From Mobula birostris (taxonomy: Eukaryota): a stretch of DNA of 64,000 bases. Position 1 is the stretch's first letter. Every line of letters begins with the position of its first letter. This document shows, piece by piece, positions 11,548 to 24,215 of this stretch. Under the pieces are notes generated by a model. It was given only the letters and a program-made list of their open reading frames with translations. It searched no databases and was not told where the DNA came from. Location of the stretch: positions 1,674,001 through 1,738,000 of the forward strand of contig NC_092382.1 of assembly GCF_030028105.1 (NCBI RefSeq). Direction: 5' to 3'. Position numbers and translations under genes: made by a program.

Positions 11548-12619
11548 CTTAAAAAGAGTGGGAATAAACGGGACCTTTTCAGAATGGCAGGCAGTGACTA
11601 GTGGGGAACCACAAGGCTCAGTGCTGGGACCCCAGTTGTTTACAATATATATGAATGACTTAGACGAGGGAATTAAATGCAGCATCTCCAAGTTTGTGGA
11701 TGACACAAAGCTGGGCGACAGTGTTAGCTGTGAGGAGGATGCTAAGAGGATGCAGGGTGACTTGGATAGGTTAGGTGAGTGGGCAAATTCATGGCAGGTG
11801 TAATTTAATGTGGATAAATGTGAGGTTATCCACTTTGGTGGCAAAAACAGGAAAACAGATTATTATCTGAATGGTGGCCGATTAGGAAAAGGGGAGGTGC
11901 AACGAGACCTGGGTGTCATTATACACCAGTCATTGAAAGTGGGCATGCAGGTACAGCAGGCGGTGAAAAAGGCGAATGGTATGCTGGCATTCATAGCAAG
12001 AGAATTCGAGTACAGGAGCAGGGAGGTACTACTGCAGTTGTACAAGGCCTTGGTGAGACCACACCTGGAGTATTGTGTGCAGTTTTGGTCCCCTAATCTG
12101 AGGAAAGACATCCTTGCCATAGAGGGAGTACAAAGAAGGTTCACCAGATTGATTCCTGGGATGGCAGGACTTTCATATGATGAAAGACTAGATCAACTAG
12201 GCTTATACTCGTTGGAATTTAGAAGATTGAGGGGGCATCTTATTGAAAGGTATAACATCCTGAAGGGATTGGACAGGCTAGATGCTGGAAGATCGTTCCC
12301 GATGTTGGGGAAGTCCAGAACGAGGGGTCACAGTTTGAGGATAAAAGGGAAGCCTTTTAGGACTGAGATGAGAGAAAACTTCTTCACACAGAGAGTGGTG
12401 AATCTGTGGAATTCTCTGCCACAAGAAACAGTTGAGGCCAGTTCATTGGCTATATTTAAGAGGGAGTTAGATATGGCCCTTGTGGCTAAAGGGATCAGGG
12501 GGTATGGAGGGAAGCCTGGGGCGGGGTTCTGAGTTGGATGATCAGCCATGATCATACTGAATGGCGGTGCAGGCTCGAAGGGCCAAATGGCCTACTCCTG
12601 CACTTATTTTCCATGTTTC
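11548..12619 (+). mobile_element. Young CR1 LINE, 5'-truncated, unit-A specific
   Basis: ORFs 11558-11803 and 11810-12532; TSD TAGTTA at 11542-11547 and 12620-12625; absent at ~35540 in unit B. Confidence 0.95.
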
Positions 12620-12759
12620 TAGTTAGGGCAAAAGAACAAGAGGGGACTAATATCCCAGTGGTAAGGCTTGGTAGTGCTAGTGTGGGGAGAGGGGTGTTGT
12701 GGTTAAAATAATTTGAAGGGGGAATGGGAGCCAGAATGACAGAACAAGTAGTGGAGAGG

Positions 12760-13505
12760 GTGAATTGAATTGACTTCATTACATACAGTACACCCTTAAT
12801 ATGCATGAGGAGGAGTAATCTTTACATTACGTCTCCCTCTAAATGTGCAATGTGTAATTTATAGTAATTTATAATAAATAGTTTGTACATAGAACAGGCA
12901 ATGTAATGTGGAAATGCAATTGTATCAGCATGAATTAATCAGTCTGATGGTCTGGTGGAAGATGATGTCCCGGAGCCTGTTGGTCCTTTTGCTGTGTTAC
13001 CATTTCCTGGATGGTAGCAGCAGGAACAGTTTGTGGTTGTGGTGAATTGGGTCTCCAATATCCTTTGGGCCCTTTTTACACACCTGTCTCTGTAAATGTC
13101 CTGAATAGTGGGAAGTTCACATCTACAGATGAGCTGGGCTGTCCACACCACACTCTGCAGGGTCCTGCGATTAAGGGAAGTACAGTTCCCATACCAGGCA
13201 GTGATGCAGCCAGTCAGGATGCTCTCAATTGTGTTCCAGTAGAAAGTTCTTAGGATTTGGGGCCCCATCCCAAACTTCTTCAACCATCTGAGGTGAAGGA
13301 AGTGCTGGTGTGCTCTTTTCATAACACAGCCGGTATGTAGAGACCATGTGAGATCCTTGGTGATGTTTATGCCGAGGAACTTAAAAGCTGTTCACCCTCT
13401 CAACCCCAGATCCACTGATGTCAATAGGGCTTAGCCTGTCTCCATTCCTCCTGTTGTCCACAATCTGCTCCTTTGTTTTTGTGACAATGAGGGAGAGTTT
13501 GTTTT
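12760..13505 (-). mobile_element. Rex1/Babar-type LINE 3' part (shared with unit B 35680-36410)
   Basis: IESILTGCITAWYGNC motif and an (AATTG)n tail at ~12763-12773. Confidence 0.85.
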
Positions 13506-13519
13506 CTTGACACCAGTCA

Positions 13520-14210
13520 GATGTTGTTCAGACCTCCGGTAGAGTCAGCAATCAAATGGTTGAGCATGGAGCGATGAATATGCTGAGCTGTGTATATCAC
13601 AATGCAAGAGGCATCGTAGGAAATCCAGATGAGCTCAGGACAGAAAATTATGATATTGTAGTCATTATTGGGACTTGGTTGCACCCAATAGTCTGAAGGA
13701 TTTAGAGGAACAAATTTCTACAGAGATCAAGGACAATGCCAAGAAACAAAGGTTGATTCAGTAAGTGATTTTAATTTTCCATATATTGACTGGGACTCCC
13801 ATACTGTGAAAGGACTAGATGGGGTAGAGTTTGTCAAATGTGCTCTTATTCAGTATGCAGAATTCCTGATGTAGGAGTGTCCAATAATCTGTTAGTAAAT
13901 GATCCAGGGCTGGTGACATAAATTAGTGATCATAATGCCATGAGATTCAAAGTAAAAATGGAAAAAAAGCGGTCTGGACCACGGGTTGAGATTCTAAATT
14001 GGAGAAGGGTCAATTCTGAAGGTCTCAGAAAGGATCTGACAAGTGTGGTTTGGGACAGGCTGTTTTCTGGCAAAGGAGTACTTGGTAAGTGGGAGGCCTT
14101 CAGAAGTGAAGTTTGAAGGTGTAGAGTTTGTATGTGCCTGCCAAAATAAAAGTTGAAGGGTAACTGGTGCAGGGAAACTTGGTTTTCAAGCGATATTGAG
14201 GCCCGGGATA
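13520..14210 (+). mobile_element. Old decayed CR1 endonuclease region
   Basis: Remnants of YHNAR.IVG, DFNFPYIDW and DHNA motifs. Confidence 0.6.
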
Positions 14211-14645
14211 TTTTGTTCCTCTGTTGTGGTACAACCAAGGCTCAGGACTACAGTATCATAATTCCACGCCCTGAGCTCATTTGACATTTTTTTTTGTCGT
14301 CTTCTGTTGGTTTCTAAAAGCTTCCCAATAGTTTTTGTTCTGTTTTTGCCCTTTCTTTGGCTTTTATGTTGGCTGTGGCTTCTCATTTCAGCCACGGTTG
14401 TGTCCTTCTGCCTTTCCAATGCTTCCACTTCTTTGGGATGTATCGATCACTCGGCTCCCGAACTCCTCCCATTGCTGCTCCGTTGTCACTCCTACCTTTT
14501 CCCTTCCAAACATGTTTATCCAGCTTCTCTGTCATAGAAACATGGAGAGGTTCAGTACACAAACAGGCTATTTGGCCCATCTGGTCAATGCTGAAATAGC
14601 ATTTAAGCTGTCTAATGCAACTACCTGCACCGGGACCATTGCCCT

Positions 14646-15527
14646 TGTTACGTAACTGGCAACAATGAATATCAATCGAGACAGGTTATATAAAAACAAC
14701 CAAACATTTATTAAACAGAGATAAGCAATATAAAAACAAACAAAAACCTTAACTGAAAGTTAACCGCTATGCAGCCGTTCAACAAATCATCACTCAGCAC
14801 TGGTTCTTAAAGCGTTAAATGCGAAAATAGTTCTTAAAACGGTAAAGTCAAATACGGTTCTTAAAATGGTAAATTCTAAAGTCCGACAGATTTATACATT
14901 CAATTGGGAGAGACTTCTCTGGAGAAGGATTTCTTCATTGACACGACTTTCCAGTTTGTTCTGACCAAAGGATTCACGATGCAGGAAATAAACGGCTTAA
15001 GACAACTGACCGTCAATTCTAGAGAGCACCTTGCATGAACTACCTTGCTCTTTTGGTATGAGTTATCTTTGATGCAGGTCGCTACTCCTTCAACGAAGAC
15101 TCAATAAGGTCGATCCTTTATTAAACTGCCGAACATTCCCAACTTCTCTTAATCCTTCGTATCCTGTATTTCGATGAAGTTTTCACTCTCCAGTACTGCT
15201 GGAAAAAGGTACATCAGTGCATCTAGCAAAAATTGCCAATCCAGCTCTGTTGTACCTTGCAACAGAAAGTAACACTCCTTTTTAAAAATGAAACTGTGTC
15301 ATAAAAACAAATATGCAACAGAGACGGAGACACAGACGCACGTTCTAGCTGGAAAACTAAAAACTAAAATCTAACTGCGTCAACTGAGGTCTTCCCTTAT
15401 ATACCCGTGGTGCACGTGTCCCCATGTGACCTCACATCAGCGGGAAAATTACATCAGGTGACCTCCAGAAGACCATTACATCATTCTCACAAAAAAAGAA
15501 TCACAGATCTCCTTGAGGTATGTAACA
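14646..15527 (-). repeat. 3' LTR of Gmr1-like element
   Basis: TGTTAC...GTAACA termini; direct repeat of 19849-20719. Confidence 0.95.
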
Positions 15528-18500
15528 CCTTCCTCCAAAATAAACATATTGGTCTCTCAAAGAACAAAATTTTAACAATTAACAATTTATACAAAGGTAT
15601 AAAACTTACAACATACACAATATATACAGTCTTATCTTTCAGCACTTTACAAACTAATATACAGTAGGAGTGTTACAAATTTTAAAATACCACTCCATAA
15701 AAACAATTTTTCATTGTACATTTAACATCTAGATAAACGATCAGTGATCACAATGTCTTTACCCTTAATATGAGTGATCAGAATATTGTACTCCTGTAAC
15801 ATTGAACTGTGTTACTAAATTGAAGTTTAATTTCCTTAACCCTTTTCCTTAACGGTCACAGTGGCCTGACCAAATTCACTGTTAGCTAAGTTAATAGTTA
15901 AGTTAGCTTTTGAAAGTCTGTCAAATAATTTCCCCACCGCAGTAATATGTGCTTTCCACGTATTATTTCCTGTAACTAAATCATCAATATAGGCATCTGT
16001 ATCTTTTAATCCCTGAATCATGCTATTAATCATCCTCTGAAATGTACCTGGTGCATTCTTCATCCCAAATGGAAGAACATTATATTCATATAACCCAGAT
16101 GGGGTTACCAATACTGAAATCTCTCTACCTCTATCTGTCAATGGAACACACCAATAAGCTCTTAACAAATCAATCTTTGTAAGGAATTTGGCTTGTCCAA
16201 CTTTATCCACACAATCATCTACCCTAGGGATTGGATATGCATCAGTTTTTGTCACAGCATTCACCTTCCTGTAATCTGTACAAAACCTAATACTATTATC
16301 TGGCTTAGGCACCATAATGCACAGTGAACTCCAATTCAAATTAGAGTGTCTAATAATATCATTCTCTAACATATACTTAATTTCTTATTTGGCAAGTTCA
16401 CATTTTTCCCTGTTCATTCGATACGGATGTTGTTTTATGGGTTTTGCATCTCAACATCTACATCAACTGTAGCTACAGTGGCTGTTCTAGGAACATCTGG
16501 AAATAAATCTCTGTATTTAAAAATTAACTGTTTCATCTGCTGTCTCTGCTCTGGCTGTAAATAAGCTAATTTTCCATAAATATTTTCTAGAATTTTTGAA
16601 TTTGGTAACGTGGCTGAAATAATGTTGAGTTTAAAATGAGTTTCAGATGAATCATCCCTTAAGGTTTTATCAAGATCAGACTCATTATTGATCACAATAG
16701 TCATAGCAGCAGTCTCTCTCTTAATATGGTTTTATCATATTTATATGACACAGCTGTGTTGTCTTTCTCCGATCTGGGGTTTTTATCACGTAATCTACAT
16801 CATTTACCTTAGATTTAATCTCATAAGGACCATGAAATTTAGCTTGTAATGGGTTCGTTTGCACTGGGAAAAGAACCAACACCTTATCTCCAGGCTTAAA
16901 TGACCTCATCCTAGCTTCCTTATCATACCAAGTCTTCATCTTCTCTTGAGCTAATTTAAAATTTCCTTTGCCAAGCTACAAGCTTTATATAATCTTTCTT
17001 TAAATTAAAAAAAAACATAATCTAGCAAACTAGTGTGTACCTCTTTATTAATCCACTGTTCTTTCAACAAGGCCAAAGGTCCTCAAACTCTATGCCCAAC
17101 CACAAGTTCAAAAGGACTAAAACCTAATGATTCCTGTACTGCCTCTCATACTGCAAAAAGTAGTAAATGTATACCTTCATTCCAGTCTTTTTCATTTTCC
17201 ACACAATATGTCCTAATCATAGTTTTTAATGTAGAATGAAATCTCTCCAAGGCTCCTTGTGATTTTGGATGATAGGCTGATGAGATAATCTGTTTTGCTC
17301 CCAGTTTATAAACTATTTGCTGAAACAATCCAGACATACAATGACTACCTTGATCCGGTTGTATTTCCTTAGGCAACCCAAAATAAGTAAAAAAAACTAT
17401 AAGACCCTTTGTCACAGTTTTGGCTGTTATATTCCTAAGAGGTACTGCCTCTGGAAACCTAGACGCTGTGCACATAATAGTTAACAAATATTGATGTCCA
17501 GGTTTAGTTTTTGGCAAAGGACCTACACAGTCTACAATGATTTTTGAGAACGGCTCACCAAGTACTGGAATTGGTTGCAGTGGGGCCACTGGAGTAACCT
17601 GATTAGGTTTACCCACAATTTGACATGTATGGGACGTTCTGCAAAATGTCGCTACACCTTGTCTTAAACTAGGCCAATAAAAATGTTTAGAAACTTTGTT
17701 CATAGTTTTCTTTACACCTAGATGACCACCCAAAGGAATACTATGAGCCATAGTTAAAACCTCATTTCGATAAACTTTAGGAACTACTACCCGATGATTA
17801 ACCTCCCATTCCTCACTAGCAGGAATTGTAGGTGCTCTCCACTTTCTCATTAATAGTCCCTTTTCAAAATAATATCCCACTGGTACTTTTTCAATTTCAC
17901 TATCTGAAAGAGCTTGTTCTTCTGCTATCATCTCCTTCCGAGATAAAGACAAATCTTCCTGGTCAGACTTACCACCAAAATCCTGATCAAATAACGTAGG
18001 TAAGAAAGTTTCTGATACATCCTCAAAATTCGAATCTTGAGTTGAACTGTCATGGGTAACAACCTCATCCTGTACATCAGTCTTTTTAGCCATAGCTCTT
18101 GTTACAACACAGGAAGAATCTGTGTTAGATTCCCTCTGTGGTTCCTCAGAATTTGAATTTATTTTCAAATGCACTTCAGGAAAAACTTGTCCACATGCTA
18201 AATCATTCCATAACAAAAGAGAAACATCATTCACAGTTAAACTGGATTGTAGCCCTACTTTAACAATCCCTGTAACTAATCCTGACCTTAAATTTACTCT
18301 ATGCAAATGTCCTGGCATGAGGGCACTCCCAACTCCTCTTATATAATTTACCTCACAATGTCAGACTTTAGTCAGACTTCAGATTTTAGCACACTGTCTA
18401 ATATTAGTGATTGAGAAGCTCCAGTATCTCTAAGTATTCTTATTGGTACTGAATTAGATCCTTCTTTCAAGGATACAAATCCTTCTGTTATAAAAGTTTC

Positions 18501-19848
18501 ATATCCCCTCTTAACTTGGTCAGACTCTGACACATCTTCATTAATGTTTTCTAAACCCTGTGAATTTAAAGGTGTTTCAATATGCTGCACACAAGCATCT
18601 GGGTCGGCTTCTTTCTCTTTCTTTTTCAATCAAAAGCAATTAGCTATTACATGTCCAGGTTTCTTACAATAATTACAAATAATACCAAAAATGTCTTTCC
18701 TTCACATGTCTCCCTTCATCCTTACTTTTCTCACTCACTTCAGGTTTAATTTCTGGTTTACATTGACTCTCTGTGCTATTTTTCCTTTTAAAAATTTTAC
18801 CTGCAGAAAATTTATTCTTATGAATTAAAGCATATTCATCAGCTAATTTAGCAATCTCCTGCAATGTAGCAATGTCCCTTTCATTTAAGTATGTTCTCAC
18901 TTCAACAGGAATGCTTCTTTTAAATTCCTCCAGTAAAATCAACTCTTTTAATGTATTAAACTCCCCATTCACATTTTTAGAGGAAACCCATCTCTCAAAA
19001 CACATAGATTTCTCATAGGCAAATTCTACATAAGTTTTTTCCACAGATTTCTTCAAATTTCTGTATCTTTCTCTATACGCTTCCGGAACCAACTCATATG
19101 CCTTTAATATATGCTGTTTAACAGTATCATAATCCAGTGCTTGCTCAGCATTTAAAGCTGTATAAGCTTGTTGTGCCTTGCCTTTAATTACACTTTGTAA
19201 CATCACGCGGCCATTGCTCTTTCGGCCACTTTAAACTCAGTGCATCGGTTTTGAAATGCTGGAAATATTTGTCCACTTCAGCTTCATTAAATGGAGGAGC
19301 CAAAATAACCTCACGACTAGCAATAAACTGTTTCTTAGAACCAGAAGACTGATTTCCCATCCTTAATTTCTCCATCTCAAACTCAAATTTCCTCCGGTTT
19401 TCAGCTTCCCTTTCTTCAAATGCCCTTTTTTAATTAGCCTCTCTTTTGGCCATTTCCACTTTAAATCTTTCAAACGTCAACTGTTCAAGGTGCAACTGCA
19501 TTTCCAGATTAGTCATTGGAAACCTATCTAACACCTCATCATCAAAAGTTTTCAAATTAATATAATGCTCAGCGATTTTCTTTGTATTAAAGCCTTTGTG
19601 GTATTCTTTGTAATTCCTTTAATATCCAACCTCCTCGCAATCTCCAATACCTCAGGTTTTTTTGCATTCACTAAAGACACCGAGTCAGGCATGTCCATAA
19701 ACTCGTTAATATTCATTGTTGCCGAATACCACTCACACACCAATCCAACTCAAAAAAATCGGGTATTTTCCTTTTCCAAATCAGAATGGCAATTATCAGC
19801 ACTTAACCTCAAAATCGGAACATCTCCTGGCTGAGCCCCCACAAATTA

Positions 19849-20719
19849 TGTTATGTAACCAGCAACAATGAATATCAATCGAGACAGGTTATAGGAAAAC
19901 AACCAAACATTTATTAAACACGGATAAACAATATAAAAACAAACAAAAACCTTAACCGGAAGTTATGCAGCCGTTCAACAAATCGTCACTTGGCACTGGT
20001 TCTTAAAGCGTTAAATGTGAAAACAGTACATAAAGTGGTAAAGTCAAATACGGTTCTTAAAATGGTAAATTCGAAAGTCCAACAGATTTATACATTCAAT
20101 TGGGAGAGACTTCTCTGGAGAAGGACTTCTTCATTGACACGACTTTCCTGTTTGTTCTGACCAAAGGATTCATGATGCAGGAAATAAACGGCTTAAAACA
20201 ACAGACCATAAATTCTAGAGAGCACCTTGCATGAACTACCTTGCTCTTTTGGTATGAGTTATCTTCGATGCAGGTCGCTACTCCTTCAACAAAGACTCAA
20301 TAAGGTCGATCATTTATTAAGCTGCCAAACATTCCTGATTTCTCTTAGTCCTTCGGGTCCTGTACTTCGAAAAAGTCTTCACTCTCCAATACTGCTGGAA
20401 AAAGGTACATCAACACATCTAGCAAAAATTTCCAGTCCAGCACTATTGTACCTTCAAACAGAACGTAACATGCCGTTTTAAAAATGAAACTGCGTCATAA
20501 AAACAAATACGCAATAGAAACGGAGACACAGACGCACGTTCTAGCTGGAAAACTAAAAACTAAAAACTAACTGCGTCATCTGAGGTCTTCCCTTATATAC
20601 CCATGGTGAAAATGTCCTCACGTGACCTCACATCGGCGGGAAAATTACATCAGGTGACCTCCAAAAGAGCATTACATTGTTCTCACAAAAAAAATCACAT
20701 CTCCTTGAGGTATGTAACA
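19849..20719 (-). repeat. 5' LTR of Gmr1-like element
   Basis: TGTTAT...GTAACA termini; followed on the minus strand by the PBS. Confidence 0.95.
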
Positions 20720-21946
20720 CCCTCCATACCCCTACCATCCAGGCTCCCATCCGAACTTCTTTTAAATGGTGAAACCGAGCTCACATTCACCACTTGTGCT
20801 GGCATCTCATTCCACACTCTCACAACCATTTCAATAAAGAGATTTTCCAAATGTTCCCATTAAATTTTCACCTTCCCCACTTACCCATGACCTCTGGTCA
20901 TCATCCCACCCAACCTCAGTGGAAAAAGCTGTTTGCAATTACCCTATCTATACCGTCATAATTTTGTACACTTTTAACAAATCCTCAAGGCAATGTATAA
21001 TTTCCTTGTTTATGTTTAGAGCCTTTTTTAGGTGTATAAAATGATGAGGGGCATTGATCGTGTGGATCGCCAGAGGTTTTTTCCTAGGGCTGAAATGGCT
21101 AACACGAGGGGGTATAGTTTTAAGGTGCTTTGAAATAGATACCGAGGGGATGACAGGGGTAAGTTTTTTACACAGAGAGTGCTGGGTGCGTGGAATGCAC
21201 TGCCAGCTATTTGTGTGAGAGTGTTTCAGTTCCTACCAGTCATCCATGCAGCTCAGTGGGAACAGGGAATAATACGAATAGACAGAGTCAAACTGAGCCA
21301 GGTCACAGATTGGAGATGGCAGAAATTCCCATTGTTATCGAGACAGGAACAGTATCAGAGAATATGTTGGTCATTCTAGATACCAGCACTGTGCCCAGTT
21401 AGAAGATGATTTCTCTCTCGAACTTGGATTGAACCTCACTGTAATAGTGTGATGCCAGATCACACCTTGACAACTCAAGTGATCTCATCTGAAATACTGT
21501 CTTACACCCATTGATGGATTTTGTAAATATTTTTACAGGTTAAAAATGACAAGGAATTTGTCTATGGGAATCTCGAACACAGCAAGCCAGTTTTGCTGTC
21601 TCTAGCCGGATATTTAAGAAGTGGAGCAAGGGATTCACTTGATCATCCTTTGTGCTCGGACTGTGACGAGGGATTCACTCGATCATCTGACAGACTGGCA
21701 CGCCCGTCATTTTACACAAGGACCTACACGTTCACCTGCTCAGTCAGTGGGAATGGATTCAGTCGGTCATCTCAACTGAAGGTACATCAGCAAGTTCACA
21801 CTGGGACAAGGCCATTCACCTGTTCTGTGTGTGAGAAGGGATTCAGTCGGTCATCCCACCTGTGGACACACCAGTCGGTTCACCCTGGGCAGAGGCTGGT
21901 CAGCTGCTGAATTTGTGGGGAAGAATACACTCGGTCATCTGACCTA

Positions 21947-24076
21947 ATGGCTCACCAGCAAGTTCACACTAGGGAGAGGTTGTACACCTGCTCGGACTGT
22001 GGGAAGGGATTTACTAAATCATCTCACCTACTGAGGCACCAGTCAGTACACACTGGGGAGAGGCCATTCACCTGCTCCGACTGTGGGAAGGGATTCACTT
22101 TGTCATCCCAACTGAAGGTACATCAGCGAGTTCACACTGGGGAGAGGCCGTTCACCTGCTCCGACTGTGGGAAGGGATTCACTTTGTCATCCCAATTGAA
22201 GGTACATCAGCGAGTTCACACTGGGGAGAGGCCGTTCACCTGCCCAGACTGTGGGAAGAGATTCACTCGGTCATCTCATCTACAGAGACACCAGCGAATT
22301 CACACTGGGGAGAGGCCATTCACCTGCACAGTGTGTGGGAAGCGATTCACTCGGCCATCCCACCTACAAGCACACTGGTCTGTTCACACTGGGGAGAGGC
22401 CGTTCACCTGCTCAATGTGTGGGAATAGATTCACTTGCTCATCCCACCTGAAGGTACATCAGCGAGTTCACACCGGGGAGAGGCCGTTTATCTGCTCAGA
22501 CTGCGGGAAGGGATTCACTTGCTCATACCAACTGAAGGTGCATCAGCGAGTTCATACTGGAGAGAGGCCATTCACCTGCTCAGACTGTGGGAAGGGATTC
22601 ACTTGCTCATCCCAACTGAAGGTACATCAGCGAGTTCACACTGGGGAGAGGCCATTCACTTGCTCAGTGTGTGGGAAGGGATTCACTCGATCATCCCACC
22701 TGCAAGTACACTCGTCTGTTCACACTGGAGAGAGACCGTTCACCTGCTCAAACTGTGGGAAAGGATTCACTCAGTCATCTGAACTGAAGGTACATCAGCG
22801 AGTTCACACTGGAGAGCGGCCGTTTACCTGCTCAGACTGTGGGAAGGGATTCACTTCGTCATCTCAACTGAAGGTACATCAGCGAGTTCACACTGGAGAG
22901 AGGCCATTCACCTGCTCAGACTGTGGGAAAGAATTCATTTGCTCATCCAAACTGAAGGTACATCAGCGAGTTCACACTGGGGAGAGGCCATTCACCTGCT
23001 CAGTGTGTGGGAAGGGATTCACTTGCTCATCCCAACTGATGGTACATCAGCGAGTTCACACTGGGGAGAGGCCATTCACCTGCTCAAACTGCGGGAAGGG
23101 ATTCACTCAGTCATCTGAACTGAAGGTACACCAGCGAGTTCACACCGGGGAACGGCCGTTCACCTGCTCGAACTGCGGGAAGGGATTCAGTCAGTCATCT
23201 GAACTGAAGGTACACCAGCGAGTTCATACTGGAGAGCGGCCATTCACCTGCTCAGACTGTGGGAAGGGATTCACTTGCTCATCCCAACTGAAGGCACATA
23301 GGCGAGTTCACACTGGGGAGAGGCCGTTCACCTGCTTGCACTGTGGGAAGGGATTTACTTCCTCATCCCAACTGAAGGTACATCAGCGAGTTCACACTGG
23401 GGAGAGGCCGTTCACCTGCTCAGACTGTGGGAAGGGATTCACTCAGTCATCCGCCCTAATGGCACACCAGCGAGTTCACAGTGGGGAGCGGCCGTACACC
23501 TGCTCTGTCTGTGGGAAGGGATTCACTCAGTCATGCACCCTACAGAGACACGAGCGAGTTCACAGTGGGGAGCGGCCGTTCACCTGCTCAGATTGTGGGA
23601 AAGGATTTACTCAGGCATCCGAACTACAGGCACACCGGTCAGTTCATACTGGGGAGTGGCCGTTCACCTGCTCAGTCTGTGGGAAGGGATTCACTTGGTC
23701 AACTGAACTACAGGCACACCAGTCAGTTCATACTGGGGAGAGGCCGTTCACCTGCTCAGTCTGTGGGAAGGGATTCACTAAGTCATATCAACTGAAGGTA
23801 CATCAGCACGTTCACACTGGAGAGAGGCCGTTCACCTGCTCAGACTGTGGAAAAGGATTCACTTCGTCATCTCAACTACTGATGCACCAGCGAGTTCACA
23901 CTGGAGAGAGGCCGTTCACCTGCCGAGACTGTGGGAAGGGATTCACTCGGTCATCTCATCTACAGAGACACCAGCGTGTTCACACAGGGGAGAGGCCATT
24001 CAGCTGCTCAGTGTGTGGGAAGGGATTCACTCGGTCATCGAATCTACAGAAACACCAGCGAGTTCACACCGAGTAG
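21947..24076 (+). CDS. C2H2 (Kruppel-type) zinc-finger protein, 709 aa, 25 tandem fingers, no recognisable effector domain
   Basis: Uninterrupted ORF of CxxC-x12-HxxxH units with TGERPF linkers; splice acceptor ttttacag| at 21538/21539 upstream. Confidence 0.92.
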   Translation: MAHQQVHTRERLYTCSDCGKGFTKSSHLLRHQSVHTGERPFTCSDCGKGFTLSSQLKVHQRVHTGERPFTCSDCGKGFTLSSQLKVHQRVHTGERPFTCPDCGKRFTRSSHLQRHQRIHTGERPFTCTVCGKRFTRPSHLQAHWSVHTGERPFTCSMCGNRFTCSSHLKVHQRVHTGERPFICSDCGKGFTCSYQLKVHQRVHTGERPFTCSDCGKGFTCSSQLKVHQRVHTGERPFTCSVCGKGFTRSSHLQVHSSVHTGERPFTCSNCGKGFTQSSELKVHQRVHTGERPFTCSDCGKGFTSSSQLKVHQRVHTGERPFTCSDCGKEFICSSKLKVHQRVHTGERPFTCSVCGKGFTCSSQLMVHQRVHTGERPFTCSNCGKGFTQSSELKVHQRVHTGERPFTCSNCGKGFSQSSELKVHQRVHTGERPFTCSDCGKGFTCSSQLKAHRRVHTGERPFTCLHCGKGFTSSSQLKVHQRVHTGERPFTCSDCGKGFTQSSALMAHQRVHSGERPYTCSVCGKGFTQSCTLQRHERVHSGERPFTCSDCGKGFTQASELQAHRSVHTGEWPFTCSVCGKGFTWSTELQAHQSVHTGERPFTCSVCGKGFTKSYQLKVHQHVHTGERPFTCSDCGKGFTSSSQLLMHQRVHTGERPFTCRDCGKGFTRSSHLQRHQRVHTGERPFSCSVCGKGFTRSSNLQKHQRVHTE

Positions 24077-24215
24077 AGGTCGATCAGCTGCTCAGACTTT
24101 GGGAGGAGATTCTCTGAGCACTCTGCACCGAATGTGCATCATTGGGTTGACAGTGGGGAGAGGCCGTTCGACAGCTGTGAATGTGGGAAGCGATTCACTC
24201 AGTATTCTAACCTGA

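Larger units (their letters stand above)
14646..20719 (-). mobile_element. Two-LTR Gmr1-like Gypsy retrotransposon (gag-PR-INT-RT; RNase H deleted)
   Basis: TG...CA LTRs at 14646-15527 and 19849-20719; 4-bp TSD CCCT (14642-14645, 20720-20723); PPT next to 15528; tRNA-Pro-like PBS (TGGGGGCTCAGCCAGGA) near 19825-19841; gag, CX2CX4HX4C knuckle, LRDTGAS protease, integrase (17146-18318) upstream of RT (15836-16372, AYIDD). Confidence 0.95.

Noticed and set aside
11548-12619. CR1 here and at 37081-38153 as one shared pre-duplication insertion
   Set aside because: Insertion points differ, and each paralog has the empty site; they are independent insertions of the same young subfamily.
21908-21910. 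Selenocysteine reading of the in-frame TGA
   Set aside because: The TGA occupies the Ser position (TCA) of CSxC rather than a Cys position, and no SECIS element was recognised.
22251-24215. Alternative-frame ORFs overlapping the zinc-finger array
   Set aside because: Typical shadow frames of repetitive C2H2 coding sequence.
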